IMG/VR virus record: IMGVR_UViG_3300033153_006255
Reading direction: 5' to 3' (one strand)
Source of the DNA: an uncultured virus (IMG/VR IMGVR_UViG_3300033153_006255)
Lineage: Duplodnaviria > Heunggongvirae > Uroviricota > Caudoviricetes
Length of the DNA stretch: 64,000 nucleotides
Made by a program: the position numbers and the translations under genes. The notes under the pieces are model-generated. The model ran no database searches. It was not told where the DNA came from and saw nothing but the letters and a program-made list of their open reading frames with translations. Of this stretch, positions 1 to 10,375 are shown piece after piece (the first letter of the stretch is position 1; each line of letters starts with the position of its first letter).

Positions 1-831
1 GAAGTTCATAACATTATTTCCACTCTCGGGTTGTATAAATAGTCTTGAATAAATGCTGGCAACATCACCATCTATAAATGGTCTTCCTGCCTCTGTGCCT
101 AAATAAATACCACTACCGAAGTCGCCTGTGCCTGTGGCGACAAGATTACCACTGGTATCAAGAGTAAGTAAAGCATTTGCCCTTGCCCACGGGCTTGTGT
201 GAGCAAAGTATAAAACATCATCTGTTTTATCAACCATCTCAGCCCATTTTGTTGTGCCATCAATTCTCAAAGCTATACCTGTATCTGCACCTGCCCCTGC
301 GTTTGTATTGTCTATTACCCAGTAATAAGGAGTTGCTACATCTCCCTGTATTTGCATTCCATAATCTCCAAGACGGGATAATATGTTATCCCCGTCTGCT
401 GTTCCGTCTCCCCACTCCATTTTCCCTGATGCTTGCATTCTTATTCTCATATAAGCATCGCCATCTACACCAGCTCCCATAAAGGTAAAGTTTGAAGATG
501 GTGTCCACATAGTATAAACTTCATCGCCACGAAACTTTGAGAAACCGCTTGGTAATCCTCCTGCGGCATAACCTGTCCCACCAGTTTTGGTAGATAAGGT
601 TAAGAAAGGTTGATAATCACTATCTGCTGTAGGGTCTGTTTGGGCAAGAGATAAATCAAGTAATCCAGTATTTGTTCCCGTTAAACTAATTGTGCCTGCG
701 GCGGTTAAGTTATTAGAGCCTAAGTCTACTGTAGAGTGAGCACCTGTATAAGGGACGTAATTAGCCACGATATATGCCAAATCCTTTACACCAAGTATAG
801 CATGTTCTTTTATATGTTCGCCTATAGCCAT
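1..831 (-). CDS. Virion fibre/spike-like protein (partial, runs off the window edge)
   Basis: Not in the ORF track. ATG at 831 overlaps the upstream stop (TAATG); no stop seen in the stretches I translated, including the last codons before position 1. Contains YVPYTGAHSTVDLGSNNLT and ASGKMEWGDG, typical of fibre proteins. Confidence 0.55.
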   Translation of the reverse strand, partial: MAIGEHIKEHAILGVKDLAYIVANYVPYTGAHSTVDLGSNNLTAAGTISLTGTNTGLLDLSLAQTDPTADSDYQPFLTLSTKTGGTGYAAGGLPSGFSKFRGDEVYTMWTPSSNFTFMGAGVDGDAYMRIRMQASGKMEWGDGTADGDNILSRLGDYGMQIQGDVATPYYWVIDNTNAGAGADTGIALRIDGTTKWAEMVDKTDDVLYFAHTSPWARANALLTLDTSGNLVATGTGDFGSGIYLGTEAGRPFIDGDVASIYSRLFIQPESGNNVMNF

Positions 832-1232
832 TAAGACCTCGTTATTGTAAGGGTATTTACTCCACTTACAAATGTTTCAAGCACGTTTGTTCCAAGAGCT
901 GAAGATGAATAACTAATACCACTTACAGTGGTTCTCGCATCTGACTCATTGTATTGTATTGTTGTTACTAAATCATCTGCTGTAACTATTTGTGCATATA
1001 TACCACTAGGAAACACCTCAGTAAGCGGGGCGGATTTTATTTTAATATCTTCTACTACTACATCACCCTCTACTGTTATCTCGGTATCTACTGGTAATTT
1101 TCCGCCAACTGGAGTTATACCACTAATGTTGATAGTTTGCATAACATCTTCTGGATTTGGTTCTCTAACCCATGTCTTTAAGGTATTATCCCAAACAAGG
1201 TTAGCTACTCTAGCTGTTCCTTCATTGCTCAT
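831..1232 (-). CDS. Hypothetical virion-associated protein
   Basis: 133 aa ORF rich in T/S/V/G, coupled within the late operon. Confidence 0.5.
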   Translation of the reverse strand: MSNEGTARVANLVWDNTLKTWVREPNPEDVMQTINISGITPVGGKLPVDTEITVEGDVVVEDIKIKSAPLTEVFPSGIYAQIVTADDLVTTIQYNESDARTTVSGISYSSSALGTNVLETFVSGVNTLTITRS

Positions 1233-1552
1233 CTGTAAACCATTCTCATCTTATAGGTTCCATTCGTAGCATCATATAACACGAATGTGTGATTTCCCCA
1301 AACAGGAAGCGGGCTAATTAACTCATTATATGTTCCCGTTATCTCTTCATCACGCTCAAACACCCTGAGATTATCAACGCTCTCTTGTATATAAAACTTA
1401 TACGTAGCGCCATCGCTGGGCGGTATAATTATAATCTGCAATACTTCATTAGCCATACCATCTCTAAGTACTTGAGTTCCTGTGTTGCCAGCTACAATTA
1501 TGTTATTGTAGAAATCTTTTTGAATATCATGAGTTACTGTGCTCATCTTCAA
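1229..1552 (-). CDS. Hypothetical late protein
   Basis: 107 aa ORF, overlaps neighbours, late operon. Confidence 0.5.
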   Translation of the reverse strand: MKMSTVTHDIQKDFYNNIIVAGNTGTQVLRDGMANEVLQIIIIPPSDGATYKFYIQESVDNLRVFERDEEITGTYNELISPLPVWGNHTFVLYDATNGTYKMRMVYR

Positions 1553-1805
1553 CCTTTTCTTCTTCTAGTGAGCCACCTTCTTGCTTTATTGCCTCTTCTT
1601 GTTTTTCGTAATGTTCTTTAAGTTTTTTCTTCTGCTCTTCTATAGACTTTAACTGGTTAGCAAGTTGTAATTCGGCTTGTTTTAGTTGCCTTATTCTTAC
1701 TATCTCAGAATCAAGTTTCTTTGATTTATCTGATAATTCCGCGATAGCTTCTCTTTCTGATTTAATCTTTTCTTCTAATGCTTTTACTCTATCCTCTATA
1801 CTCAT
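1527..1805 (-). CDS. Coiled-coil hypothetical protein
   Basis: 92 aa, E/K-rich heptad-like sequence, GGAGG SD upstream. Confidence 0.6.
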   Translation of the reverse strand: MSIEDRVKALEEKIKSEREAIAELSDKSKKLDSEIVRIRQLKQAELQLANQLKSIEEQKKKLKEHYEKQEEAIKQEGGSLEEEKVEDEHSNS

Positions 1806-1814
1806 AGTACCCTC

Positions 1815-2108
1815 CTAAAATTTAGTTGCCATCGTATCTAAGTAGTATTTCTCTATTAGACCATCGTTCTTTTCCGCCTGTTTTATAAAATGCCCATGTG
1901 TTTTTCCTATATCAACATATTTCTTTTTGATAAAAGCAAGTACTGCTTCTGTACCCTTAATATGATGTAATTTCAAAATTATGTCCATCATCATAAACTG
2001 ACCAAAAAAATAAGCGTTACTTAATATCTGTTCATATTTTTCATCTTTGGCCTGTTCACTATTAAGATAATCTTTTATTTCCCCTTCGCTCTTAAACTTT
2101 TTTTCCAT
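1815..2108 (-). CDS. Hypothetical protein
   Basis: 97 aa ORF in the late operon. Confidence 0.5.
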   Translation of the reverse strand: MEKKFKSEGEIKDYLNSEQAKDEKYEQILSNAYFFGQFMMMDIILKLHHIKGTEAVLAFIKKKYVDIGKTHGHFIKQAEKNDGLIEKYYLDTMATKF

Positions 2109-2109
2109 G

Positions 2110-2718
2110 CTATCTCCCCGGTATTAAAGAGTTTATGTCTGTTCTGCTCTTAGTACTCCTATCATCTGGTACGTAGTTATGCTCTAAAATAAAACTCGTA
2201 ACAGTTGGTGACGTATCGCCAGCACTATTACGAGTAAGTGTAAATTGTAATCTCAAGTCATCATATTTTATCTGATAACTTCCCCCAAAATCTCCTTCAT
2301 GACCATAGTTTAATCTCCACTCTTGCCCGTCATCTTTAATTCTTTTCCATGTAGTACCACCGTCATTTGATGCCCTTATTTGTATTCTTCCGCTATTTAC
2401 TGCTCCTATTAATTTTCTAAATAATACTTTTGTTATGTCGCGATTAATTTCTTGCCATTTACTACGAGATATATTAGCTAACTGCGGAGACACTATGGTA
2501 CCACTAGTTTTACCGCTATCTAGACTTATTACACCACTAGACTCAGTACAGTTTGTTAGTGTATAACTATCCCAAGCTATATTCTCTGGCGTGACAACTG
2601 TTCGATTAAGCTCTGGGTATATCCTTTTGTCTGGTTGAGTTATTTTATAATCGCATCTCGGGCATACATAAGATATTTTGAGCTTTTTTAATTTACTTCC
2701 ATCTCGTGGACATCTCAT
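2110..2718 (-). CDS. Hypothetical protein with N-terminal Zn ribbon and a beta-rich virion-like domain
   Basis: CPRD...CPRC N-terminus; ASNDGGTTW motif; LRLQFTL...TSPTV segment seen in virion proteins. Confidence 0.5.
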   Translation of the reverse strand: MRCPRDGSKLKKLKISYVCPRCDYKITQPDKRIYPELNRTVVTPENIAWDSYTLTNCTESSGVISLDSGKTSGTIVSPQLANISRSKWQEINRDITKVLFRKLIGAVNSGRIQIRASNDGGTTWKRIKDDGQEWRLNYGHEGDFGGSYQIKYDDLRLQFTLTRNSAGDTSPTVTSFILEHNYVPDDRSTKSRTDINSLIPGR

Positions 2719-2722
2719 ATTA

Positions 2723-2914
2723 TTACTCTACTGTATTTATTGGGATTTGACCTTGACCCCAGCCACGGCCCCATCCATGACCTCGACGCCAGCCTCTACC
2801 ACCCCCTCTACCATCCAAAGGCCTTCTACGTGGTCTTGCACCGGGGCAACTACCCCGTTGTCCACCTGTTCGTGGTCCTAATCCGTTTGGTCCAGTACCA
2901 TCACCTCTAGGCAT
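2723..2914 (-). CDS. DUF5320-like Gly/Arg-rich small protein
   Basis: MPRGDGTGPNGLGPRTGGQRGSC N-terminus followed by GRGW repeats; AAGGAG SD. Confidence 0.7.
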   Translation of the reverse strand: MPRGDGTGPNGLGPRTGGQRGSCPGARPRRRPLDGRGGGRGWRRGHGWGRGWGQGQIPINTVE

Positions 2915-2935
2915 CTGATTACTCCTTTCTTAGTT

Positions 2936-2965
2936 TGGTAGGGTGGGTTTTATCCCACCCCACCA
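2936..2965 (-). terminator. GC-rich hairpin after the major capsid gene (partial terminator or mRNA stabiliser)
   Basis: tggt-gggtggg / cccaccc-acca inverted repeat; no clear U-tract. Confidence 0.4.
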
Positions 2966-2980
2966 TATATTAAAACTAAC

Positions 2981-3931
2981 TTATATGTTAGTTATCATAC
3001 ATATCTGATAACCTCTGAAGACAACAGGTACGAAAGTCTTAAAGAGTTGAACTCTTATAGACCTAATACCTTCTTCAGCCCACCTACGTGCTGTAAGTGG
3101 TTCAGCTACATATGTAAGACCCAAGCTAGGGCCCCTTTTGCAAACTATAGCACTTGTGTCTGGCTGCATAGCGATTTCAGTAGCGCCACTAAGTACAGAA
3201 GCACTTGACTGATTAACGCTTGTATAAACAGCATCAGATACAAAAACATCTAGACCTGCAATATTGGGGATTGAACGACTTCTACCAGAAGCTACTGGAG
3301 CCTCGATATTAGTTGTCAAGCCTGAGTATTTGTAAATATCCTTAACATCAGCATGGTTCATCAAGTCTAATTCAACTTGAGGGCTGATTATAAGTGTATC
3401 TGGCTGTACATGCTGCGACGTAAGAATATTCTTTGCCGCATTACGTAAGTCAGATACTGGGGTAGAGCTTGCGCTTACCCAATTAGCAGAAGCTGCTACT
3501 GCTGTTGCAGAAGCACCAGCTACTATTGCATCGAGAATAACCTTCTCTTCACGAAGAGCTAGAGTATCAGCTAGGAATTCGACCTCATCTGTTATGAGTG
3601 CTCGTCCTGCAGACACTGCTATCTTTGAGTTCTTATTCATTAAGAACTTAATTGCTCTTTCACTAATCTTTCCACCAATCCTATATTCCTTCATGGTGAA
3701 ACTTGATTCAGTGTAACTAGTGTTAAGGAGTGTATCTTCTCCGCCTTCACCGACTTCTGGAGCCATTTGCCCATAGGCAATGGAACCATAGCTCTTGTAA
3801 TAACCACTAAACTCAGGGAATGACCTTTCAGGCAGAATGTCTGTCATGAAAAGTACACCTTGAGTCTTTTTGATGGCTATACCGGTGAGTTTTTTTGGAT
3901 GTAAGTCATTCTGTATTTCATAACCTAACAT
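2981..3931 (-). CDS. Major capsid protein (HK97 fold, lambda gpE-like)
   Basis: 316 aa, follows protease and cement genes; PDTLIISP and NW...TPVSDL segments typical of this class. Confidence 0.8.
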   Translation of the reverse strand: MLGYEIQNDLHPKKLTGIAIKKTQGVLFMTDILPERSFPEFSGYYKSYGSIAYGQMAPEVGEGGEDTLLNTSYTESSFTMKEYRIGGKISERAIKFLMNKNSKIAVSAGRALITDEVEFLADTLALREEKVILDAIVAGASATAVAASANWVSASSTPVSDLRNAAKNILTSQHVQPDTLIISPQVELDLMNHADVKDIYKYSGLTTNIEAPVASGRSRSIPNIAGLDVFVSDAVYTSVNQSSASVLSGATEIAMQPDTSAIVCKRGPSLGLTYVAEPLTARRWAEEGIRSIRVQLFKTFVPVVFRGYQICMITNI

Positions 3932-3947
3932 TTTTTAAATCCTCCGA

Positions 3948-4364
3948 TTATCCATCATTGTGGGAAATATTAACAAGAACTTTTCCAAAAGCTGAAGCAC
4001 TAATTGTTTCAGTTGCTATACCTATAATGGTAGCTGCTCCAAGACCAGAAGCATACGATTTAATCGCACCGCTTCCAGCGGACACAACTTGGTCACCGAT
4101 TGTTATACCGGCACCAGAATCTACAAGCCTAGCAATACCACCCTGATAAACAGTAGCGATATCATTTGCTTCCCAATCAGCGTCAACGTAACCGATAATT
4201 TTCTGACTATTTTCAGTTCCCTGCTTAACAGTCAGCATATCGAGTACATCAGTGTTTTGTTCTACTACTTCACCTTCGCCAATTGTACCTGAAGCTTTAG
4301 CTTGAAATTCCCAAGGACCTGCTACAGCAACAATATTGCCTCCATATGTTTCAGAAACTGCCAT
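3948..4364 (-). CDS. Capsid cement/decoration protein (DUF2190-like)
   Basis: 138 aa G/A-rich, ITIGDQVVSAGSGAI, IIGIA; lies between scaffold and capsid genes. Confidence 0.7.
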   Translation of the reverse strand: MAVSETYGGNIVAVAGPWEFQAKASGTIGEGEVVEQNTDVLDMLTVKQGTENSQKIIGYVDADWEANDIATVYQGGIARLVDSGAGITIGDQVVSAGSGAIKSYASGLGAATIIGIATETISASAFGKVLVNISHNDG

Positions 4365-4399
4365 TGTTATCTCTCCTTGATGTTACTGTTGAGGAAATT

Positions 4400-6064
4400 C
4401 TATTTTGAATTTTTCTCGTAAAATATATCTCTAGCATCCTCTACAGGTATACCCTCTTTCTTGGCATACTTTTCGATTGCTGCTTCGATTTCATCTGTAC
4501 TCATCGCTTCTAAATCAAGCTTTAAGTCCTCTTCTTTTTTTGATTCTTGAGAGCTATGCTCTTTCAAATCAACCTTTGGCTTTCCTTCCTTAAGGACAGC
4601 TATAAACTTAGCTCTGGCCTCTTCAGTAAGAGTAAGCATGAATTCCTTCATCTTTTCTTCCTGAGCAGGAGTGATTTTACCATCAGCTTTAAGCGCGGCT
4701 ATTTCACCGTCAACCTTAAATTCTGCTATTTCACGTTCTTTAGCTTTCATGTCTTCTGACATTTTAGCTATCTTAGCATCCTTCTCTTTACCTTCAGCAG
4801 AAAGTTTCTCTTCTCTTTCTGAAGCTTCTCTAAGAAGTTCTTTTGCGTCTATTTTCTTTTCTTCTGACATGTTATTTGTCTCCGTATCTTCGTTATTGTT
4901 TGCAGAAGTACAGTGCTGATTGGAGGGAGCACTATTACTTTCAACTTGTGTATCTCTTACTTCACCATTTGAGGATTCTGTTGAAGTTCGAGAAGATGCG
5001 GGGAGTTCCTCATTATAGACTGGTCTATCTGTGTATGGTGTTCTGTATTCATAACTTATGCGCTTAACCATACCGTTATCATCTTTCGCATTCTTAGAAT
5101 AACGGAGAAATACAGAAGTACCATACATACTAAAAGATATATCTTCTGGTTTCTTTATCTTTTTACCGTCTACAGATAAGGTTGTAGTATCTTGAGTACC
5201 TTTACTAGAAATAGAAATATCTATTCCGTCTGCCCAATTAATTGTATTAACAGTAGATTTGTTCTCCTCTTTCTCTCCACCATCATTATTAACGATGTTA
5301 TCTGAAACAGGGGAACCATCTTCATTAAACTCTTTATGAGCAGCATCAGGTCTCTCAGCATGTGCATCAATTTCGATAATTTCTTTTTTGGGAGGTTTAT
5401 TCGCTAACTCTTTTTCTTCTACTACGTAATCTTTCATTCCTACCTCCGCTACATCGCCGTGTATTGCAGCTTCTTTTACGTATGGAAACGCAACAGCACT
5501 AATCTCATGCAATTTGCCTGTTTCCTTGTTTATACTTACGGACCATTTTTTCATCAGTCCTTTTTTCCATCGGGCTACTGCGTTGTCATCTACTAACATT
5601 AAATCAGCAAGTAACAATTTACCCTTACGATACAGTTTTTTAACCCAACCAAGAGTTTCTTTCCAGCTATCTGAGTGGTCTGCCTGTAGAGGTACATCTT
5701 CATCTGGGTCAAACTGGCCTATCATTTTTTTATCAATATATTCTTCATCGTATTTTGTTTGACGATGCTTACCAGCCTTAAAAACTGGAATACCTTTTAC
5801 AAGTAAACCATCTTCAGTTTCATCTGTATCAATATCTTTCCACTTTATACGTTTTAACTTAAATGTTTCAGTTATTACGTCGTCTGCATTCTTAACATTT
5901 TTAGCTTTAGAGTTTGCGATTCTAATAGCTTTAGCATCACAATTAGTACCACCACTAGCCTTACACTTAGCTAAAACAGAATTAGCTATTTTTGCCCACG
6001 CAGCAGACTGGCTGGAATTTAAACCTTTAATATGTTTTTTTGCATCACTAGATTCCCAAGGCAT
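4400..6064 (-). CDS. Prohead protease/scaffold (Mu gpI-like) with N-terminal ChaB-like helical segment
   Basis: PLQADH...LGWV...WSVS...ISAVAFPYVK protease-like core; C-terminal charged scaffold with GKITPAQ. Confidence 0.75.
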   Translation of the reverse strand: MPWESSDAKKHIKGLNSSQSAAWAKIANSVLAKCKASGGTNCDAKAIRIANSKAKNVKNADDVITETFKLKRIKWKDIDTDETEDGLLVKGIPVFKAGKHRQTKYDEEYIDKKMIGQFDPDEDVPLQADHSDSWKETLGWVKKLYRKGKLLLADLMLVDDNAVARWKKGLMKKWSVSINKETGKLHEISAVAFPYVKEAAIHGDVAEVGMKDYVVEEKELANKPPKKEIIEIDAHAERPDAAHKEFNEDGSPVSDNIVNNDGGEKEENKSTVNTINWADGIDISISSKGTQDTTTLSVDGKKIKKPEDISFSMYGTSVFLRYSKNAKDDNGMVKRISYEYRTPYTDRPVYNEELPASSRTSTESSNGEVRDTQVESNSAPSNQHCTSANNNEDTETNNMSEEKKIDAKELLREASEREEKLSAEGKEKDAKIAKMSEDMKAKEREIAEFKVDGEIAALKADGKITPAQEEKMKEFMLTLTEEARAKFIAVLKEGKPKVDLKEHSSQESKKEEDLKLDLEAMSTDEIEAAIEKYAKKEGIPVEDARDIFYEKNSK

Positions 6065-6127
6065 TATTTCATCTCCTTTGGTTTTTTAGGTTTTTTTAAA
6101 CCTTTAATTTTTCTAGGTTTGGTAAAC

Positions 6128-7516
6128 TTAGCCACGTGGTTCTTTCTTTGTTAGACCATCAGCTACCAATTTTGGAGTCTTTATTTGTTGAGAACCCTTT
6201 TTTGCGGATTCTTTTATCTCTCTAATCTCTGTCTGAGCTGGAGGTAGAGGACCTTTAACTTTTTGCTTTGAGTCAGCTACTGTTGATGGACCAGCTTCAG
6301 CTGCTTCACGATGCGGTAAGGTCATCATATCTCTCATAAACTGCTCGTCTGCACCTATAACTCCATTCTTAACCAATAGTGCAAATGTTCTAGCGAGATT
6401 AAATAACTCTTGTCTTGTAAGAGGCTCAAACTGAAATTCTGGATAACTTTTCTGCTCACCATAATTAAACTCTACTAACGGTTTGATTAAAAAACTTTCT
6501 ATAATACCAGACATATCACTCTCTAAATTCTTTATCATCAATGTGAATATATCAAAATGTGTCTGACCTAATCCAAATGAGCCAGAACCTTTGCCAGATT
6601 CTATCATCAATGATGGTACTAGCATGCCCTTGATTATTTGGTCATTATGATACTGAATAGAATCCTTATAATCACCACCGGAACTTCTACCAATACCAGT
6701 TTCCAATGCCGCTATTTCCCACCCCTCGGTCTTTGCTATTGCACTTTTATTCTGTAAATTCTCTAATATGGAGGTCATCTTTTTTAGGTCATCTGTAGTT
6801 GGTACAGTGCCTATAACAAGTGGTTGACCCCATCTTTCTAATGCTATATTCCAAAATTTTATAAGAGTTTCTTTAATAAACCAGTTTTTATAAATAGCCT
6901 TTAATCGACTATTACCATAATAATTTCCAAACTCTTTATCTTCTGTATGTATAATAAGTTTTTCTAAAGGAAGCGACACAGTGTTTTCTACTATTTCATT
7001 ATCATCATATCGCTGTAATACTTTTTCAAGATTGCCCTTATCGTCTACTTTAAATGTGATTGTATTTGGGTCTAAAGACTTTAGTCTTTTTATACCTATT
7101 TTTCCATTATATTTACCGGTTTCTATTACTTTCCATATAATTTCATTAACACTAAATCCATATAACAAAGATGTTACTATCTTGGCTATAGACCCCATAA
7201 GCCTGCTATCCATATGCTCAAAGTTGTATTTAATAAACTCTACGATATCCTGAGATGACTCTAATGATGTGACCTTCCACTTTCTAGATAATAAAGCCAA
7301 CTTTATCAACGAGAAAGCTGCTTTAATCTGAGCATCTGTATGATACATATGTTTATATACTTCTACACCTATATTATCAGGATTGTATGCACCCTGTGCT
7401 AACTTATCAAAATTTGGTGATTGTCTACCAACATCAGTACTCAGCTCTTCTTTAGAGATTGGTTTTTTGGAAAACTTCTTGAAAATATTAAACTTTGCTT
7501 GTTCGATAAATTTCAT
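6128..7516 (-). CDS. Portal protein (Mu gp29/DUF935-like)
   Basis: 462 aa after terminase; LLYGFSVNEIIW, NYYGNSRL, ERWGQP, GSFGLGQTH motifs. Confidence 0.85.
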   Translation of the reverse strand: MKFIEQAKFNIFKKFSKKPISKEELSTDVGRQSPNFDKLAQGAYNPDNIGVEVYKHMYHTDAQIKAAFSLIKLALLSRKWKVTSLESSQDIVEFIKYNFEHMDSRLMGSIAKIVTSLLYGFSVNEIIWKVIETGKYNGKIGIKRLKSLDPNTITFKVDDKGNLEKVLQRYDDNEIVENTVSLPLEKLIIHTEDKEFGNYYGNSRLKAIYKNWFIKETLIKFWNIALERWGQPLVIGTVPTTDDLKKMTSILENLQNKSAIAKTEGWEIAALETGIGRSSGGDYKDSIQYHNDQIIKGMLVPSLMIESGKGSGSFGLGQTHFDIFTLMIKNLESDMSGIIESFLIKPLVEFNYGEQKSYPEFQFEPLTRQELFNLARTFALLVKNGVIGADEQFMRDMMTLPHREAAEAGPSTVADSKQKVKGPLPPAQTEIREIKESAKKGSQQIKTPKLVADGLTKKEPRG

Positions 7517-7524
7517 TTTTTTAC

Positions 7525-9921
7525 CTAAAATGCTATTATTTGAGGCTGCTCAAATTCTTTTTCGAATGCCTTTTCGTTAACCTCTTTAGAATCTATCGTG
7601 CCTACATAATTATATCCTATATCGATAGATGCTAAAGTTGCAGCACTTATACATAGTGCCAGTGACCATACATAATCATCATGCTTGCCTTGCACGTGTT
7701 TATATCTAGGCACTCCAGTTTCGGTAACGTGTCTCTCTAGACTCATTAACTGAGATATTAACTGCTCGTTATTTGGGATTCTTATTAATTGTTTCTCAAA
7801 TGCAATTCTAAGGTTTGTAACTAAACCTTCTTTTTCTTGAGTACCAAACCGAACTCCTTCTACAATAGAACCAAACTTTCTTACCAAATCCTCTTCTAGC
7901 TTTACGCCTACACCAGTTGAGTCCATCTTAATGCGCTGTACCCTAAAAACCTTGAATAACCTAGTAATTTCTTTCATTTGACTAGGTAGCCCTGGATTAG
8001 GAGCCTCATATGGCATGTTCTTTAATTCTTTTAAGAATCTTACAACAATCTTCTGACCCGGTATAGACTCTGCTACAGTCAAAACGGTTGAGTCTACCTT
8101 CTTAGCAAAATCTATTCCTAAGAAGCATGAGCCCTTTATATTATCCCCACTTGCGTTTACTAGAGACATATCAATACATGGTTCAATTAAATCTCTAGGA
8201 AACATAGACATCTCATCAGCCATGAACTCGCAACAATACTCTTGCTTAAAATCGAGTTCGTACATAGTACGTCTCATCTTCTCAACTTCACGCTGATACT
8301 TCTTATCGGGACATTCTGTATAGTGCACCCTGTGATGACTGTACTCATCATCATCTGTCCATTTCTCATAGAAAATGTTAGCTCTTCCTCTAGGAGTAGA
8401 TGATAATGTCATTTTACCACCCCTAGAGATAGATGGTTGTATTGCTTGAAATATATCTCTATCCTTTATAAAATGAGCAGATTCATCTATATAAACCCGA
8501 CCAGCGTTAAAACCTCTTACTGTGTTTCCACACACAACTGCTTTACCATTCCTTCTTACTAAAATAAGACCAGTAGGAACTGATACACAGTATATCTTAC
8601 CGTTAAAATCAACCTTCTTTATATGCTTTGTTCTATTAAACCATCCAAGTGTTCTTGGATTGCTATATTTATCGCGTTTTTCATTTATTTCAAAACCGGT
8701 TTGACCAAAATTATATCGTCTTTTACTAACATTAATACCAGAACCGCATTTAATTAAAATTTCCTGAATATCATCTGCTAATTGCTTAGATATTGTAAAA
8801 AAACGCCATTTACCATTTCTATAATTACCATCACCTAATCCATACCAATCCAAAAATAATCTTCTTTGTCTTTCAGGCGCATTTTTTATAACGTGAGGCA
8901 CAAACTTTGTTTTACTATTTCCAAACTGCGATAAGTAAGAATATAAATCTTTATTCCAGATTGTAAATTTATATTTATTCTCACTAAAATTAATTCCAGT
9001 TTGTTTTAAAAATTCTCTTATTTTATCTTTCTTCCGACCGGGATACTGAGCTATATCCACTTGATAACTTACACCTTTTCTGTTGTAAACACATCCTTCT
9101 GCAATCCATATTCCCATAAACTTGCAATAATCATCACCAGATAAAACTATTTCTTCAGACCAATTAGATATATGTGGTATTTTAAACTCTTTTATTTCAG
9201 TGCCTTTATAATGTACTGCTTTATACATCCAATTTTCCACATTAGATAATTCTGATATATGCTCAATACGTTTTTTGTGTTCACGCCTATTAGTTTTATC
9301 AAAAGAACATGTAAGCATGCGGTGATTTGGTGTTACCATACAATCAAATGGCTTATTCTTTAGATGGTACATATCCCCTTCATATGGTAATCGTACTACT
9401 TGATTTGGAACTACATAAGAAAGTTCAAGTGAATCTTTATCTACCTGGGCAACAACATCATTATCTCTTAATACATCGAATCGTTTCCAACCTCTATCAG
9501 TAAGTATCTCTGTGTCACCTGAGTAGCAGTTTGGATTATTTGGAAGTGATATAATGCGAGAACCATTTGGAACTTCTATTTCTTCTTGAGTTGCCTTAGA
9601 CATCTCTACTGCAAACTTAATTCCCCTAATTATCTTATAACAATAACCTAAAACTCTTTTTGCGCTATTCTCACCGGTAGATACTATTAGTATAGTGTGG
9701 TTAGGAATAGTAAGCATTTCAAACACGGCCTCAGCTGCTATGATAAAACTAAATCCCAGCTGTCTTGCCTTGTTTACTATACGATATGTAGATTCATCAA
9801 GCAAGAACTTCTTCTGATAATCGTATAACTTAATCGGTTCCCCTTCAAACCGACACAGATTCTCCAGGAAGTAAATCGCCGCTTGACCCCTGCTCGTTAT
9901 CGTCTTTTTCGGCTGCGTCAT
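7525..9921 (-). CDS. terL: Terminase large subunit containing an intein
   Basis: KARQLGFS Walker A, VYIDESA Walker B, SSTPRG, LGIDFAKK, KHDDYVWSLAL. Confidence 0.92.
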   Translation of the reverse strand: MTQPKKTITSRGQAAIYFLENLCRFEGEPIKLYDYQKKFLLDESTYRIVNKARQLGFSFIIAAEAVFEMLTIPNHTILIVSTGENSAKRVLGYCYKIIRGIKFAVEMSKATQEEIEVPNGSRIISLPNNPNCYSGDTEILTDRGWKRFDVLRDNDVVAQVDKDSLELSYVVPNQVVRLPYEGDMYHLKNKPFDCMVTPNHRMLTCSFDKTNRREHKKRIEHISELSNVENWMYKAVHYKGTEIKEFKIPHISNWSEEIVLSGDDYCKFMGIWIAEGCVYNRKGVSYQVDIAQYPGRKKDKIREFLKQTGINFSENKYKFTIWNKDLYSYLSQFGNSKTKFVPHVIKNAPERQRRLFLDWYGLGDGNYRNGKWRFFTISKQLADDIQEILIKCGSGINVSKRRYNFGQTGFEINEKRDKYSNPRTLGWFNRTKHIKKVDFNGKIYCVSVPTGLILVRRNGKAVVCGNTVRGFNAGRVYIDESAHFIKDRDIFQAIQPSISRGGKMTLSSTPRGRANIFYEKWTDDDEYSHHRVHYTECPDKKYQREVEKMRRTMYELDFKQEYCCEFMADEMSMFPRDLIEPCIDMSLVNASGDNIKGSCFLGIDFAKKVDSTVLTVAESIPGQKIVVRFLKELKNMPYEAPNPGLPSQMKEITRLFKVFRVQRIKMDSTGVGVKLEEDLVRKFGSIVEGVRFGTQEKEGLVTNLRIAFEKQLIRIPNNEQLISQLMSLERHVTETGVPRYKHVQGKHDDYVWSLALCISAATLASIDIGYNYVGTIDSKEVNEKAFEKEFEQPQIIAF
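8524..9528 (-). mobile_element. Intein with LAGLIDADG homing endonuclease in terL
   Basis: PN|CYSGDTEILT...RRNGKAVVCGN|TVRG; FMGIWIAEG and FLDWYGLGDG blocks; 335 aa. Confidence 0.9.
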
Positions 9922-10375
9922 CTTTTTTCTCTGCTTCTTTTAAGGCTTTATCAATTGTAAACTTTTGAAAGAACTTAGCAAGTATTGTACTAGCATCTTC
10001 TCCATTACTACTACCACCCTTAAGTCTCATTAGTTTTTCTATAGCAGATTGCTTTTGTTGGTCAAAGTACTGCCAATCTTTTGGAGTAAGTGATTTATCC
10101 TGCATTGCAATATTACAATACTTGATTGTAGTCCAAAGCTCCTCTGTTAGCTTATTCTTAAACTCTTCTCTGTCTTTATTTTTGGATTCATCAACTTTGG
10201 TGGCCCGTTTATAGTTATTGTAGTGTTTATATAAGGTTGGTCGGGATAGTAGAAACTCATCTCCTCTTTTCTTTAAAAAGTCCTCAACATGATAAGGATT
10301 TTTGCCATCCTCGAACATCTTGAGTATCTCATCTTTTAAGGGATGATTTTGAAAGTTATATTTACCCATTGTCAT
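9845..10375 (-). CDS. Possible terminase small subunit / DNA-binding protein
   Basis: Immediately upstream of terL; helical with an HTH-like LSRPTLYKH segment; assignment mainly by position. Confidence 0.45.
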   Translation of the reverse strand: MTMGKYNFQNHPLKDEILKMFEDGKNPYHVEDFLKKRGDEFLLSRPTLYKHYNNYKRATKVDESKNKDREEFKNKLTEELWTTIKYCNIAMQDKSLTPKDWQYFDQQKQSAIEKLMRLKGGSSNGEDASTILAKFFQKFTIDKALKEAEKKDDAAEKDDNEQGSSGDLLPGESVSV

